A stretch of DNA of 63,947 bases, the filler included, from Barthelona sp. PAP020 (taxonomy: Eukaryota), in the NCBI GenBank assembly GCA_040182905.1. It is 4 parts of 4 records of this genome, joined end to end, with 100 filler letters (N's around TTAATTAATTAA, not from the genome) between each part and the next. Parts side by side here need not be neighbours in the genome. Positions count along the whole stretch, not along the records: positions 1 to 16,566 come from JARQWU010000257.1; positions 16,667 to 33,230 come from JARQWU010000258.1; 2 more parts are not named here. One strand, given 5' to 3'. This document shows, one piece after another, positions 12,001 through 23,600 of the stretch. Numbering within the stretch: the first letter of the stretch is position 1; each line of letters starts with the position of its first letter. Under the pieces are notes generated by a model. That model was not told the origin of the DNA, did not search any database, and was given only the letters and a program-made list of their open reading frames with translations. The position numbers and the translations under genes are program-made.

Positions 12001-15000
12001 ACAGACATATTAGAATTCTTTTTCACTAATATTTCTTCTTCAACATATTCAGACATTGAAGAAACTTCAACATTATTCAAATTATTGACATTCTCATTAT
12101 TTTGAAGGGAAAAATGTTTTGAATCAACATTTTCAGGATTTATTTCAACTTCAGCAAAATCCAACGTTTCACTATCAATAGATGTTTGTGCTTCACTGGA
12201 ATCAAACATTTCAGTAATTTCATCTTCAATTTCTAACGCATTTTGAATACACAAGGTTTTTGTTCTTTCTTTCAAAGAAAGACTATTTGCATCATCTGTT
12301 AATTCTTTATCAGTTTTTAAAGATTTTTGTTGAGATAAATTAAATGTATGAAATTTTATGAAATTATCAAAGGCTTCTTTTTGTTCAATTGAAAAATCTT
12401 CACTAACAACCCATAATAAAAAGAGATATTGTTCATTTTCTTCAATTTTGTCAAATATTTGCTCTAAATATTTTAAATTTTGTCTTTTAATACCATTCAA
12501 CATTTGATATAAATATCTATTGACATGACATTCATGAGCAAAAATATTTATTCTTGCTACATGTAGATCTAGCTTCAATTGATAATCAGTTAACTCTAAT
12601 TGTTCAATTTCATCTTCTATCATTTTGATTCTGCTCTTTTCATCATTTGTTTCAATATATCGATTCTTCAGCAATATTTTTAAATTTGCTTTCAAATGTT
12701 TCTTCTTTTTAAGCAATACTTTTTTGGTTATTTTAACATATTCATAGATGTTTTGAAATTCATAATTTTCACTTTCAGAATTGACAATATCCTTGACATC
12801 AATTTTATCATTTTGTTGCGATAGATACTCTACTTCACCAAAAGAAGCATGACCATCTGATTTTGATCGAAACAAAAAACTTTTCTTTGTATCAAATTCA
12901 TCTAATTCATCATCATCATCATCTTCATCTTTTTCTTCATTATTGTCAATTAGCATTAAATTACTTTTAACTTCAAATTCAGGAGTTGAAAAGGAAGGAT
13001 GAAGGTTCAATTCTTGTGATTCAAAATAAAAATGAACTTTGATAGGTATTTCTTGTTCAGCCAACATTTCTGCAGTTTCTTGAACACCTTCACAAGTAAA
13101 ATTATGTGTAAAATTAGCAATTTCTAAGGAATTCGCTGTCATGAACAGTATACATAAATTTGGTATGATAGCTGCAATACAAAAGGCTTCATAAGATAAT
13201 TTATTAACCAAAAGACTGGAACCAACACCCACAAATATCAAAATTATAATCAGAAACATTGAAAAGATATAATAGATACCAACCGATTCATAACCTTCTT
13301 TGGTTGAAGTTAATCTTGCAATAGGTAGTCCAAATGGAGGCTTGAAATGCAAGGTCCCAAAATTCATGAAGTCATCAATAACTTTATCTAATCCAGAAAA
13401 TAAACCAATCAAAACAAACATTAACGCACTGAAATAAATGGTGGTTGGAAAGTTTGAATACCGTAAATATCCAACGAAAAGTTCAATAAAGTAAAAAACG
13501 GTAATGATCAGAATAGGAACATTGCTGCGATTGATATGCGATAAATTTAACCCCAAATTAAACAAGTCTAAAATTAACGATGTACCTATCAAGGGAACGA
13601 TATAATTGTGCTTATACATTACAAAGATACTTAAGAATTTAGCTAAAGAAAAGCATACGACATTGATTATTTTAGTTCTTTTCTGTATATGTTTTGGATA
13701 ATTGGCATAATTATAGAAATTTGTGTTAATGAATAAAAATAGCGGTAAGATGTAAAATAAATACTCTGAATTGATTGAATCAGAGAAATACAAAACAATT
13801 GGTGCTAGAAAAGACAGTAATAATGCTATGATATAAAACAAATATATAATTAAACGCAATCTAAAATGAACAAAATGAAAAATAATCATTAACATACAAC
13901 TGAACAACAAATGACCATACTTATCTTCATGAAAAAATATCAAAGTGTTCAATATGCCGATAATTAACAAAATTTGCAAAAAAATTTCATAACTCGTTCT
14001 TTTAATTACTTTTTCTCCCTTTTTAACTTCATTACTACCAATATATGTATAGTTTTCATTGAACAATGTATGAATCTCAGAATATCTTAAATATAAAAAT
14101 AGAAAGACTATTGCAATGAAGAAGTTCCCAATACCATACTGAGGATACCGTTTAATCTTAAAAAACAGGTTCCAAAATTGATGGGTTGAAAATATACCTC
14201 CAATTCCAACGAATATCAATACACCAAAAAAAACTTGTTTTCTATTACTAATTAAGTGTATTTCGCCATTAAATCCATCAAGAGAATTCAATTTGAGACT
14301 GTTTACAAAAGGTACTTTCATCAACCATCCAATAACAAATGACAGATATGTAATAACACAAATTTGAATGACTATTATAACTAAAATATCGTTAACTTCA
14401 TATATTTGAAAAATAAAAGCCATTATCACATGAATAACCCAGCAAAGTATTATTTTTCTGAAATACACTTTCATTTCATCCCATTTAGAAGTTTTAGATG
14501 TTAATCTTTTTAAATCAAATATAATATACATAATTTTAGTCTGATTCCATACTTTTGAACATTCAACAAACCACAAATATCCAAAAAAAGATATTGTGAA
14601 ATAGTATATATAGAAAGGTGATCGATTGTATACAACAATAATTCTTAATACCGTTAACCCTATATAAGGAAGAATATATTTACTAATAATAGGAAAAATA
14701 CTCATCAAAACATCTTGAACACAAATAATAATAAAGCCAGCATACATATTTTCCTTGCTATAAAAATAATTGAATAAATTTGCAGAAAAAATGATAATGT
14801 AGTAAATAAGAATTAAAATCAAAAAAATTATCGAACTTTTTGACATTTTCAAATGTTTTGTCTTTTCATTTGTGATTTTGTTCGACAATAAGTAAATTTC
14901 GGTCTTTAAAAAAATTAAAGATAATATGGTAAAAATTTCATTCAATACAACCCTTTCTAATTGGTTAATAATGTACAATTTAAAATAGCATAATAAAATA

Positions 15001-15353
15001 AAAACAACTATCAAAATATGAATAAAATGAAAAAATTCTACAGTTATACAATATTCATTTATAATAATTTCACATAGAATTATAATAAATATCAAAGGAA
15101 AAATATTAACAATGGTAAAAGCAAAAGAAATTAAAAGGTTTTGTTTTTCATCGTAATAATGGAAAAATGATAATATCATACCAATGAAAAAAATAAAAAT
15201 ACATAATATTATGGCTGAATACCAATAATATATGTATTTTTGATTTAAAGCTCTTCTAATACGAATGTGTGATAGTATTCCACCCAATTTCAAAAATGAT
15301 ATGGGAAAAATTATTGCTACGATAAAATATAACACAATAAAAATCATCCTCAT
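9099..15353 (-). CDS. Large multi-pass membrane protein with C-terminal degenerate calpain (CysPc + C2-like) domains; DEK1/TML-calpain-like
   Basis: First ~740 aa are repeated hydrophobic helices, then an acidic/Ser-rich linker and coiled coils. C-terminus has calpain-like blocks GLVLVKLFVVGIPLYVYVDD.KP, LFPLLSKALVA and GGWMPFQTF. Confidence 0.6.
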   Translation of the reverse strand: MRMIFIVLYFIVAIIFPISFLKLGGILSHIRIRRALNQKYIYYWYSAIILCIFIFFIGMILSFFHYYDEKQNLLISFAFTIVNIFPLIFIIILCEIIINEYCITVEFFHFIHILIVVFILLCYFKLYIINQLERVVLNEIFTILSLIFLKTEIYLLSNKITNEKTKHLKMSKSSIIFLILILIYYIIIFSANLFNYFYSKENMYAGFIIICVQDVLMSIFPIISKYILPYIGLTVLRIIVVYNRSPFYIYYFTISFFGYLWFVECSKVWNQTKIMYIIFDLKRLTSKTSKWDEMKVYFRKIILCWVIHVIMAFIFQIYEVNDILVIIVIQICVITYLSFVIGWLMKVPFVNSLKLNSLDGFNGEIHLISNRKQVFFGVLIFVGIGGIFSTHQFWNLFFKIKRYPQYGIGNFFIAIVFLFLYLRYSEIHTLFNENYTYIGSNEVKKGEKVIKRTSYEIFLQILLIIGILNTLIFFHEDKYGHLLFSCMLMIIFHFVHFRLRLIIYLFYIIALLLSFLAPIVLYFSDSINSEYLFYILPLFLFINTNFYNYANYPKHIQKRTKIINVVCFSLAKFLSIFVMYKHNYIVPLIGTSLILDLFNLGLNLSHINRSNVPILIITVFYFIELFVGYLRYSNFPTTIYFSALMFVLIGLFSGLDKVIDDFMNFGTLHFKPPFGLPIARLTSTKEGYESVGIYYIFSMFLIIILIFVGVGSSLLVNKLSYEAFCIAAIIPNLCILFMTANSLEIANFTHNFTCEGVQETAEMLAEQEIPIKVHFYFESQELNLHPSFSTPEFEVKSNLMLIDNNEEKDEDDDDDELDEFDTKKSFLFRSKSDGHASFGEVEYLSQQNDKIDVKDIVNSESENYEFQNIYEYVKITKKVLLKKKKHLKANLKILLKNRYIETNDEKSRIKMIEDEIEQLELTDYQLKLDLHVARINIFAHECHVNRYLYQMLNGIKRQNLKYLEQIFDKIEENEQYLFLLWVVSEDFSIEQKEAFDNFIKFHTFNLSQQKSLKTDKELTDDANSLSLKERTKTLCIQNALEIEDEITEMFDSSEAQTSIDSETLDFAEVEINPENVDSKHFSLQNNENVNNLNNVEVSSMSEYVEEEILVKKNSNMSVSKSSINSKNSKCSKDSYKSAKTISTPKQLVSKKQLLGHASFSTFKSLERSSSLFSSSFRKKKNGPRRNSKFNKVPDNRRVVSSINEPIGTTNNEIIISPQISHVHSVNNTVSCGSEYSDLAKSANVITQEVYTCDPDKDSTLLVSAFNSSSELNSPLHSFIDGDVAAEIQSFMSHLSKKEIKELLKSKNKAETNLFVNSTENVIPQNIVGNFAKTPSKFKFSSVEQSEVSDIEDIENFVFPKTIEEQDNYELPLAVISTKENFSMDIKNVTSDFDSYDKGTTGDDESMPESENEKENIINDVEVINSVCSNKLCKGSTNSSYASDMIVLNEGKMMKDSSDNEHIHSREFKVETDEQLKLPSQTQSLKNLNILENGSEKEISLILDGNTPQIVVGETSTPKFYEKPMLYGVMDLMNVKREQSIIEKQPNSTMVAEDFTNSNNVHINSINDSVFLKISEKNIKFTNIETLSREVNNFCNHVIDFMATFEIKKSISSEILTLIANIINIIKVLKEEEDRKNESSKANFEYENNVNNLGSYIKMLLIQYNALMLTTKQKKRKHNYRIRLALKQFYQLAENLRIANKKFAMKEFDYRTFNRLNLDSLFAQIRINSLEIPSQKWKFFEEAMHIFFLSGNQDILPTLIDSYDICGLVLVKLFVVGIPLYVYVDDIKPEPNDGIEQWQFQCVLPNNNTSSLFPLLSKALVAQTNSTEPDLKVFECLDYFGTLTNSFKTTQLKYEIPKQELFWKYLDNSVSDSIMIFFCDMFNVTCVVESTLTVIDRISHRFVFIVPANSQNHIENEYDHNLIDSDPAAVGLINSCSRKFPNGGWMPFQTFLHEVSLIYASVWTKRLNRSYVLLNEIDKPYNFSLDVPLKCRNLKLFVTIASMDAELNVSQLELRISRGGMNYTTVQPFSLRTDNVIPKHHQYVAYFFSSSQDQYYLVVPKITALARLDVYCNMGRIKIHSLEKI

Positions 15354-15822
15354 ATCAATTACATTGATTAAATGCCATTATAAAAATAAAAAATTGTATT
15401 GGAGAAAGCAGAGTTTTTTCTCTCCTCTTTTCCTTTCATATATAACAGTTATTTTAACCTTTATGTCTTAAAATAAAATGAGAATTGTATTTTTGGTGTT
15501 TTTGCATTTTTCTTCTTTCTTTAATTTACAATCGTACAGGAATTTTTTTTTTCTGTTTTAAAGATAATATTTTTGTTTGAATAACAAATGGTAAATATAT
15601 ATTGTGTGAAAGAAATTATTAAACAAAGGGATTGTAAGAAAAAAAGGAAAAAAGGAACAAATATCCAGCTTGTCTGACGCTAAATCAATAATTTTATTTT
15701 TATACAATTAGAAATAAAGAAAACAATATATTTTGGTCAAAAGAGTTGGGTTTTCACATTTGATTAGTGTAGAACATTTTTACTAACTTTTTTCTTTGTT
15801 AAAAACAAAAGATAACATTTAT

Positions 15823-16203
15823 ATGATCCCAAGGCATTTTCAACTCATCAATGAATTAAATGCATATGAAAAAGGTATTGGTGATTGTTCAATATCTATT
15901 GGTTTGAAAGATTCAAGGAATAAACAAATGTTTGAATGGGTAGGAACATTAGTTCTTGTTGACAACCCTTATCGTGAACAATTATTTGTTGATGTTGCGT
16001 TGTTTGTTGGTTCTTCCTATCCATGTGTACCTCCAACTGTGCAATTACTAACTTTATTGGATGTTAATATAATTGATAGTAATGGTTTTGTCAATACACT
16101 TGCTCTTCCAGTTTTAGAAAAATGGTCAAATAGAAATACTCTTTATGATGTCATGAAATGTTTAAGAACAGTACTCTCACGGGCAGACAGTTGGAATCGT
16201 TAG
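15823..16203 (+). CDS. Ubiquitin-conjugating enzyme E2 variant (UEV1/MMS2-like)
   Basis: IPRHFQLINELNAYEKGIGDCSISIGL matches the UEV N-terminus; YP..PPTV; no catalytic Cys at the E2 position. First ATG is 15823. Confidence 0.85.
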   Translation: MIPRHFQLINELNAYEKGIGDCSISIGLKDSRNKQMFEWVGTLVLVDNPYREQLFVDVALFVGSSYPCVPPTVQLLTLLDVNIIDSNGFVNTLALPVLEKWSNRNTLYDVMKCLRTVLSRADSWNR

Positions 16204-16395
16204 TTTCTGGAATTGTCCTGCTCTGTTTTTATTTTGCTTGTTCACAAAAATTTCATTCTTTTTCATGTGTGCTGATTTTTTGATATTATAATAATAAAAG
16301 TATTGAATTTCAAAACTTTAATATTATGTTAATAGTCTTTAAATACTTATTTTTCTACCATAAAGTTTTCTGTTTTTTTTTTAATTTGTGTTATT

Positions 16396-16566
16396 ATGGT
16401 TTGTTCTCATCTTACTTCATTTAATAATATTGATTTTAAGAATTTTATTGTGAACAAGGAAGAGTGTTCCTTGTGTTTTCATGATTTTGATGATGAAAAC
16501 GGAATTCTTGTTTGTGCCCGATGTTTTGAAGGATATTGTCTTGATGAAGGTCATGCTATATCACAT
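16396..16566 (+). CDS. 5' fragment of a USP5/USP13/Ubp14-like deubiquitinase (N-terminal variant UBP zinc finger), cut by contig end
   Basis: VNKEECSLCF...GILVCARCFEGYC...HAISH matches the N-terminal zf-UBP variant of USP5/Ubp14. Confidence 0.7.
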
Positions 16567-16666
16567 NNNNNNNNNNNNNNNNNNNNNNNNNNNNNNNNNN
16601 NNNNNNNNNNTTAATTAATTAANNNNNNNNNNNNNNNNNNNNNNNNNNNNNNNNNNNNNNNNNNNN
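16567..16666. other. Artificial contig spacer (N run with TTAATTAATTAA linker at 16611-16622)
   Basis: 100-nt block; the linker has stops in all six frames. Confidence 0.97.
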
Positions 16667-16747
16667 AAGATTGTTAATAATTTCTTCATAATTAATACCT
16701 TCTGTTGATGGTTTGGTTTTTTTTGTTTTGGTTTTCTTGGGTGGCAT
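16667..16747 (-). CDS. 5' fragment of an unknown protein cut by contig end
   Basis: ATG at 16747 gives MPPKKTKTKKTKPSTEGINYEEIINNL, open to the gap; MPPKK is a common eukaryotic N-terminus. Confidence 0.5.
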
Positions 16748-16926
16748 GAGATTATTTAAAAAAAATCAAACTCAATTTTTGTTTTCATTTTTTTACATAA
16801 AAAATCAGGCCTGTTGAGGAAAGCAAATCACAAAGGACCAATTTATTGTTAAAAAAATGATAATAATAGTCTTTTAGAATGCTTATTCAAAACTTTAAAC
16901 AAATAACAATAAAACAACAAGAAAAT

Positions 16927-17754
16927 TCAATTTACACATCCTGTTAATAATATTAATAAACCAAAGCTTGCACCAAGTAACCCAGAAATCAAATTTACCT
17001 GTGTATTGGACAAAACATCTAAACCAGAAAGTAATTTGTACTCTTCTTCTTCTCCAATTTTATTGATAGAGTTATATATTTTTTTATCAGTCATGTTCAA
17101 ATACGAAGCTTGAAAAAATGATCCCAATAATGAATCCAAAAGATTACCAGTTAAACCAGACAAAAAGACCCCAACACCAAAAATTACTGTGTTCACTTCT
17201 TTATCTATCAAAAATAAAAGTAAAGAAGCCAACAAAGCAATAAAAGAACTCCCCAAACAGCCAACGAATAATCCAAACATTGAAATTCCCCCATTAACAC
17301 CAGGTGGAACAGGTTTTAGAGTTGATAATAAATATGTTTTGCCTTTGGAAAGAATTCCTAATTCAGATGACCATGTATCACCTGTATTCACAGAGAAAAA
17401 GGCACAAAATAAAAAATATATTATATATCCCCAGTTGTTTTTAAAAATAACAAATAAAATGCTAAACAAAGTGGGAAAAAATGCAACGGCAAAAACTTGG
17501 GTAATGGAACGGGAAGTTTTAAATTCAACTAATTTTTCTTTTTCATTCCCATGAAAATGTGTCAACAATGAAGAAGAAAAGAAAAAGACTAATAAAATGA
17601 TGAAAAAAGGTGGTCCAGCTAATAATGCAGGAAAACCAACAAAAAATGAACCTATTGCACCACTTTTAGATAAAAATTTAAATTTGTATGAAGAGAATGA
17701 AACTGAAAACACTGTCAGAAGTGAAGTCAATATTAATTTAATTAAATGTATCAT
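16927..17754 (-). CDS. TMEM19: TMEM19/DUF92 family membrane protein
   Basis: LSKSGA, FFFSSS.LT, RSITQV.A, GDTWSSELG, VPPGVNGGIS..G, DSLLGS.FQ, LSNTQVN. Confidence 0.9.
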   Translation of the reverse strand: MIHLIKLILTSLLTVFSVSFSSYKFKFLSKSGAIGSFFVGFPALLAGPPFFIILLVFFFSSSLLTHFHGNEKEKLVEFKTSRSITQVFAVAFFPTLFSILFVIFKNNWGYIIYFLFCAFFSVNTGDTWSSELGILSKGKTYLLSTLKPVPPGVNGGISMFGLFVGCLGSSFIALLASLLLFLIDKEVNTVIFGVGVFLSGLTGNLLDSLLGSFFQASYLNMTDKKIYNSINKIGEEEEYKLLSGLDVLSNTQVNLISGLLGASFGLLILLTGCVN

Positions 17755-17977
17755 AACTATGTAATCGATAAATAAATATCTCCAAAAATATTCAGTTTGA
17801 TTGTGAAGGCTAAAAGAGCGAAGGTAAAAAAAAAACGGAAAAATTTGCCAAATCTTTGTTTTTCCTACTTTATTTCATCATAAAAACAAAAAATAAAATA
17901 TAATCAATTTATTAATAATGATTGAATATTTACATTATTGAAAAGTGTCAAAACAAATGTTGACCCTGGACAAATCA

Positions 17978-19753
17978 TCATTCAAAAATCACAGAATTTC
18001 CACTCAATCCAATACAAATTACTTCAGGGTTTTCTGTTGTTGCAAAAATCAAATCTTTACCAATGACGCAAGTTGCGTTGATAGTAATATCTTCATTATC
18101 GATATTGATCGAATGTTGAATTTCATTTTCCAAATTTACAAAGTTCACAACCCCATAATTCTCGTTAGGAGTAATAAAGAAAATATTTTCAGGATCATTG
18201 ACAGATGAAGAAATAAAAGCAGATGAAAAAATATCTCCAGTTAAACAAAATGCTTGTCTGTTGAAATGGTCAACATGGAAATTCTCTTGTTTTTCAATAT
18301 CAATAATGTAAACCCCTTTAACATTTTCACAGGTTAAAATAATGTATTTTTGATTGGATGAAACGGCTAAATAGAAGATATTGCTAATTTGCGGCAAATT
18401 GATTTCATAGTTAACCAGGTTGCCTTCAGAATTATACACCAAGAATCTGTTTTCTGTTGTGAAGCAAAAAATATAATTTGATAAACAACTTGTTGCGATG
18501 TAACTGAAACAGTGATTTTGAATGGCGGTTGAAGGTTTGAAGGGTTCAATAGAGGGAACATCACTTTCAAAGCTAATTAATGAAGGTCCAGAATAAGCTT
18601 GTTGCGAAATGCTAATTAACAATTGTTTATTTTGATTTGGAAGAAAAGCAATTGATTCAGCTTGATTCAGCATTATTGATGGTGTTTTTATTTCTCCAAG
18701 TATATCTAATGTTTTCATATCTAATAAGAATACTGTTCTTTCCATAACAATTGCAATATTAGAACCATCATGACTGACAGTAGCCAAATAATCACTAATA
18801 TCTTTTCCACCAAATAAAACTCTATGCCTACATGTATTTTTTAATTTTATAACATTATCGTTCTCCTTAATAATTGAATATGAAGATAAAATATTACCAG
18901 GACAATGTATAAAAATAATTTGCGACTGTTGAGGATTAATAACCATTTGTAAAGCTTCTTCAGGTAAGGATTCAGTATGAATAATCTCAAAATTCTCTTT
19001 AGCTTTAATATGGCTAATTGTTGAACCACCAATGAAGAGAGAAGGATTTTCCATATTGTCATCAACAATCATATCTACAATTTCTTTCAATCGTTTTGCA
19101 TGTGGTACACACAAATATCCATCACTATGTAATTGTAAATAATTTATTAAGCTATATCTGGAATTTTTAAAAGAATTTTCATGAAAAACAGAAGGTAAAT
19201 CAACTGATAAAATCGAAATTGCAGCATCATTGTGACTTTTGAATCCTGAATTTGTTTCAAAAGTAGTATCTTGTTTTACCAATAATTGTGCCAAAAAAAT
19301 TCTCTCTTTATCACCTTCAATTTTGCTTGAACCACAATGATCTAATAATTTTTGGTCACTTAACAAGGGAGATATTTTATTCTGTAACAAAGATAATGCT
19401 TGGTCAATTTTTTTTTCTTCAATAGATTCAAAAAATTGATGTCTGATAATAATATATCTCAAAAAATCCAAAGTTGGTGAGGGAACTAGTTTACTTAACA
19501 AAATTAAAGATAAATCAAAATCTCCTTTCAAAACAGCTTGAATTACTTTATCTGCCGATATTAAAGAAGTTAAATAATTAGGGTCTTTAACATTTGATCG
19601 TAAATGATTCCATAAATATTCGGCAGGTTCACTATTTCGTTAGTTAAAAATATTGAAAATGTTTGAGAACTTTAATCCTAAATCTATTAAATGGGATCGT
19701 ATTAATAATAACAATTCTGTATTTCCCTTTTCTGTCGAAGTAAAACTTGGCAT
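17978..19753 (-). CDS. LisH-CTLH-WD40 protein (WDR26/GID7-like); complement(join(17978..19631,19671..19753))
   Basis: The spliced N-terminus supplies a LisH-like motif (LLLIRSHLIDLGLNEPAEYL), followed by AVLKGDF, RHQFFESIE...ALSLLQNKI, VP..KRL and a degenerate beta-propeller. Confidence 0.6.
19632..19670 (-). other. Predicted spliceosomal intron (39 nt, phase 2) in the WDR26-like gene
   Basis: GTTCTC...ACTAAC GAAATAG; contains an in-frame TAA, and removal links ATG 19753 to the long ORF. Confidence 0.75.
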
Positions 19754-19933
19754 TAAAATGTATTATTTAACAAATTGATAAATCAACAGAGTTCAAGCTG
19801 TAGACTTCAACAGCCTTCTTATCCATTAAATATCATTTATCTAATTAAACTATAAATGAATTCTTCATGTAAAGAACCATCAATTGTTTCATCTACTGAG
19901 TTCTTTACTCTTTTTTTTTGTTATTTTAATTCT

Positions 19934-20368
19934 ATGAAAAATTTATGTTTAGCTGAAGCAGGTACATCTATTGTTGATTTTTCATCTCAATATCATCACG
20001 AATCTAGATGTTCTAATTTGTTGTTAAGAAATTCTGCTTTAGTTTGGTTTACTCATGGAGCTGAACAACCACCACATTATGTAGTTATGGAATTTAACAG
20101 ACAATATTTGATATCTAAAGTTGGTATATTCATTCATGGAAAAAATAATCAAAATCCGGCCGATTTACACATATCTCTTTCTTGTGATGGTATTAATTAT
20201 GATACTGTTGTAAATGTTCCAGAGTTAGAGCACAGACAAGGTGACTTTTTGTATTCATTGGAAACCCCAATTTGTGCCAAGTTCATCAAAGTGTCTGTAA
20301 ATGATAATCATGGTGGATCTGGAATATTTATTGCTAAATTGTATGCTTTTGGGCAAGAATTAATTTAA
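19934..20368 (+). CDS. Galactose-binding-like (F5/8 type C) domain protein, IFT25/HSPB11-like
   Basis: MKNLCLAEAGTSIVDFSS...NLL...WFT.G..PPHYVVMEF...AKFIKVSV..NHG; ~144 aa single domain. Start chosen at the second ATG. Confidence 0.55.
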   Translation: MKNLCLAEAGTSIVDFSSQYHHESRCSNLLLRNSALVWFTHGAEQPPHYVVMEFNRQYLISKVGIFIHGKNNQNPADLHISLSCDGINYDTVVNVPELEHRQGDFLYSLETPICAKFIKVSVNDNHGGSGIFIAKLYAFGQELI

Positions 20369-20624
20369 TTTAATTTAGTTGTTAGTCTTAATAAAATTGG
20401 GATGCTAATTTTTTTTGTTTTATCGTATCTTTTATTTGTCAAATCAAAGTAATCTTTATTTCAAAAAGATTTTCTCTTGCCTATATTATTGGTAAAAATA
20501 CAAACTAAATTGGTTTATGGTTGAAAAAATGCCAAGAATTTCTTGATTGTGGAATGAAAAAAGTAAACATTTACAAATTTATAATTATTTAAATAAAGAT
20601 TAAGTGAACTCCTTTGTTTATTAT

Positions 20625-23600
20625 TTATATTTCTCTGCTCTTTTTTTCTTTTATGAAACATTCTTCACATACTTTTTCGAGGGATGTATATCCTCTTTGA
20701 GGGACTTGCATTGTGAATTTAGTACAATCAGCACAAAATAGATCACCACAGCATCTACAATGATGTCTTCTTCTAATTTGATTGAATCCTTTTCCACATT
20801 TGCAACAATTAGTTCGAGCAGCATCATCAATCCAATAATCTTTTTTTGCCTCATTATCAAGGTGCCATTGTATTATTGTTCCATTAGCAAATGAGCAAAC
20901 AAGTGAATATTGATCTATGGCACTACGCATTAAAATGATTTCCGAATCTGGACCTTTCAATTCCCTTCTTAAATGAACAGGCCAAGGCGTTTGACAGCTT
21001 CTGTTGTAAATTTCCATAAATTTGTTGTTATCAGAAACACGTTGTTGGAATTCTTCTGAATCCCAACACAACCCACAATTGTTGCTCCAAAAACGAACTG
21101 AACCATCAATGTGCCCCGTTATCAAACAACTCTTATGAATCCATTCAGGTCCTGAAGATAAACAAATGCAGGTAATTTTTGGTATGTTTTGAGAATGTTT
21201 TGAATGTGGTGGTCCCATTTCAACACCCATTTCAATTAATAAATGACCATTCATAGTGTAACAATGGAAAGAAACTGAAGTTGCAATCCATATTTCACCA
21301 GTTGACCTGTTAATGCAACAATCAACAATTTCCAAATCTTTTGACAAAGGATGTTGCCATGAGTCGAATAATTCATGAGTCTTTTCGTCCCACAATGAAA
21401 TTGTACCTTTTTTATCGATGATCAAAATATAATGGAATTCATTACAAACGAAAATTTTGATGATATCTTCAGAATGAAAGATGAATTGTCCAACAGAAAC
21501 TAGTGAATCAAATTTGGATGCCAATTTAAAAATTTGAACATAACCTGATTCTCCTCCTAAATAAATTGAACGATCTAATGGATTGAAATCAAATGTGCAA
21601 AAGTTACCATCATGGGCTGTTTCTAACGCAAATATGACGTTTTTACTGGTATTATTTGAGATCAAAAATAATGTACCATTAGTGGAACTAAAATCAATGT
21701 ACAAATCTGCTAAATCACTGGAAATATCGTTATAATAATTGAATATTTTATCTTTATTATTATCAAATCCAAATCCTGATAATACTTCACTCCACACCGT
21801 CTTTTCGGCGACTTTTCCAAACTCACCTAAATCAAGTAAAAATCCACATTTGTCTTTCAATATTTCCAATGAACCATTAACAATTCTAAAATCACCACAT
21901 AATTTAGCGTCTACATTTCGAATTTTGCGAGGAATAAGACAATCAGGATGGGTATGTATGCCAATGGGAATTGTTGTTAATGATTTAATTGGATGAGTTT
22001 CTTCAAATAATTTTGGTGGAGTTTGACCAAAAAATTGAACTTGGTTTATTAATTGCTGTTTGGCAAGACTTGTTTTTGCTTGACTCATTTGTTTATCAAA
22101 ATTTTCTTTGTAGGTTAGAGGATAGAATAAATTATGTGAATATTTTGCATTTTCACCAGTTTGAAGACAACCAAACACTAAATCAATCCATTTTGCCAGT
22201 TGTTCAGAAACATAATCACTTTCTAAAGCCCTACGATGTTGAAAAATGAAATAATAGGGATCATTTCTACTCCAACTCGGCAAGATTGCATCATTAACTT
22301 TGATATTATCATTTCTTTCACCAAACAAAAAACCATTTGGATTTGCTAAAAACTCTGGTAAATAAAAAAATTCGGGAATCAATTCAAATACAGAAGTTGT
22401 AACTGTAGATACAGCCATACTCTCCCAAATATGTTCAACAGTATGAAATAATCGATCAGCTGCATCAAAAGTACCAGATTGCAAAATAATATGTTGTCTG
22501 GTAAATGGTTCCATTCTAAAAAGATAGAACAAAACTGAGCCTGGACATGAATAATGAGTGCCATATAAAAATCCTTGGTCTTTACCCATAGTGATCACAG
22601 ATTCTTGATATTTATTCTTAAACACTTGTAATCTATCTTCATTTTGAGCACCTAAAGGCTTGGCAAAATCTCTAAAGAAATCAGGATTCTCAAAATTTAC
22701 AAAATCAGATTTGTAGTCTTTTATAACCCAAGGAAAGACTGGATATTGACTTAAATCATTGAAAGATCGCCCAGCAATTTCATTAAGACACAATATGTAT
22801 TGAAAATTTGACAACTTTCCTTCCAACCATAAATTAACAAAATGCTCTTTTCTCTTATTTCTTTGAACCAAATCAGTAACATGTAATAATTTGGGTAAAT
22901 TCACAATCTTAGACAACTCTAATAATATTTGTGTGCGAATGTCTGATGTTTGAAAGGTTAAAAACATGCTATGTCCAAAAATATCATATAATTCTAACCC
23001 AATATCTTGTAACAAATAACGTTTAGTGCTTAAATAGCTTAAAATATTATATTCAAATCTTTCAAACAATGGATTCTTTTGCACTGGAGTATCTGTACCC
23101 AATCTATAAGCCAATTGTTGAGGTAAAGATTTGAATGTAATGCTGTCTGTTGTATCATTAATGATACCACTGATTGAATATGTTTCAGGTCCAGAAAGAT
23201 GTCCTAAACTAGGTGTTTGACCTTTAACAACATCTGTGCGAATAATATTTTCAGCTTGAGGAGAAAAAGTCAACCTTAAATCTTCTACAAAATAAATTGC
23301 TTTTTTCGTAAAAAAACCAATTCCACGTAAAGGGTCTAATGTAACCTTAGAAATATGACAATTAAATACACCTAAAATATCTTCATCATATCTAGTGAAT
23401 GGGATTAAAGGTAAAGTAATTAAATCAAACCCATCTGTTGTAGAATTAATGGGCGGTGTGGTATCCATGATATTATCAATAGCAGCTTGAATTTCACGAT
23501 CACGTTTTAGTTTAGACCTATCTTTAGGAGTAAGAGGGGAATAAGTTTTGGGCACTTTATTTTTTGTTAATACTGTTCCAGCATCAATATTTTTTGGTGT

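Noticed and set aside
15782..15811. ACTAAC upstream of the UEV gene as an intron branch point
   Set aside because: The next AG is over 20 nt away, unlike the other introns, and I found no upstream exon that splices in frame
16611..16622. Palindromic TTAATTAATTAA recurring three times at ~16.5 kb spacing as a biological repeat
   Set aside because: Always centred in a 100-nt N block; it is an assembly linker with stops in all six frames
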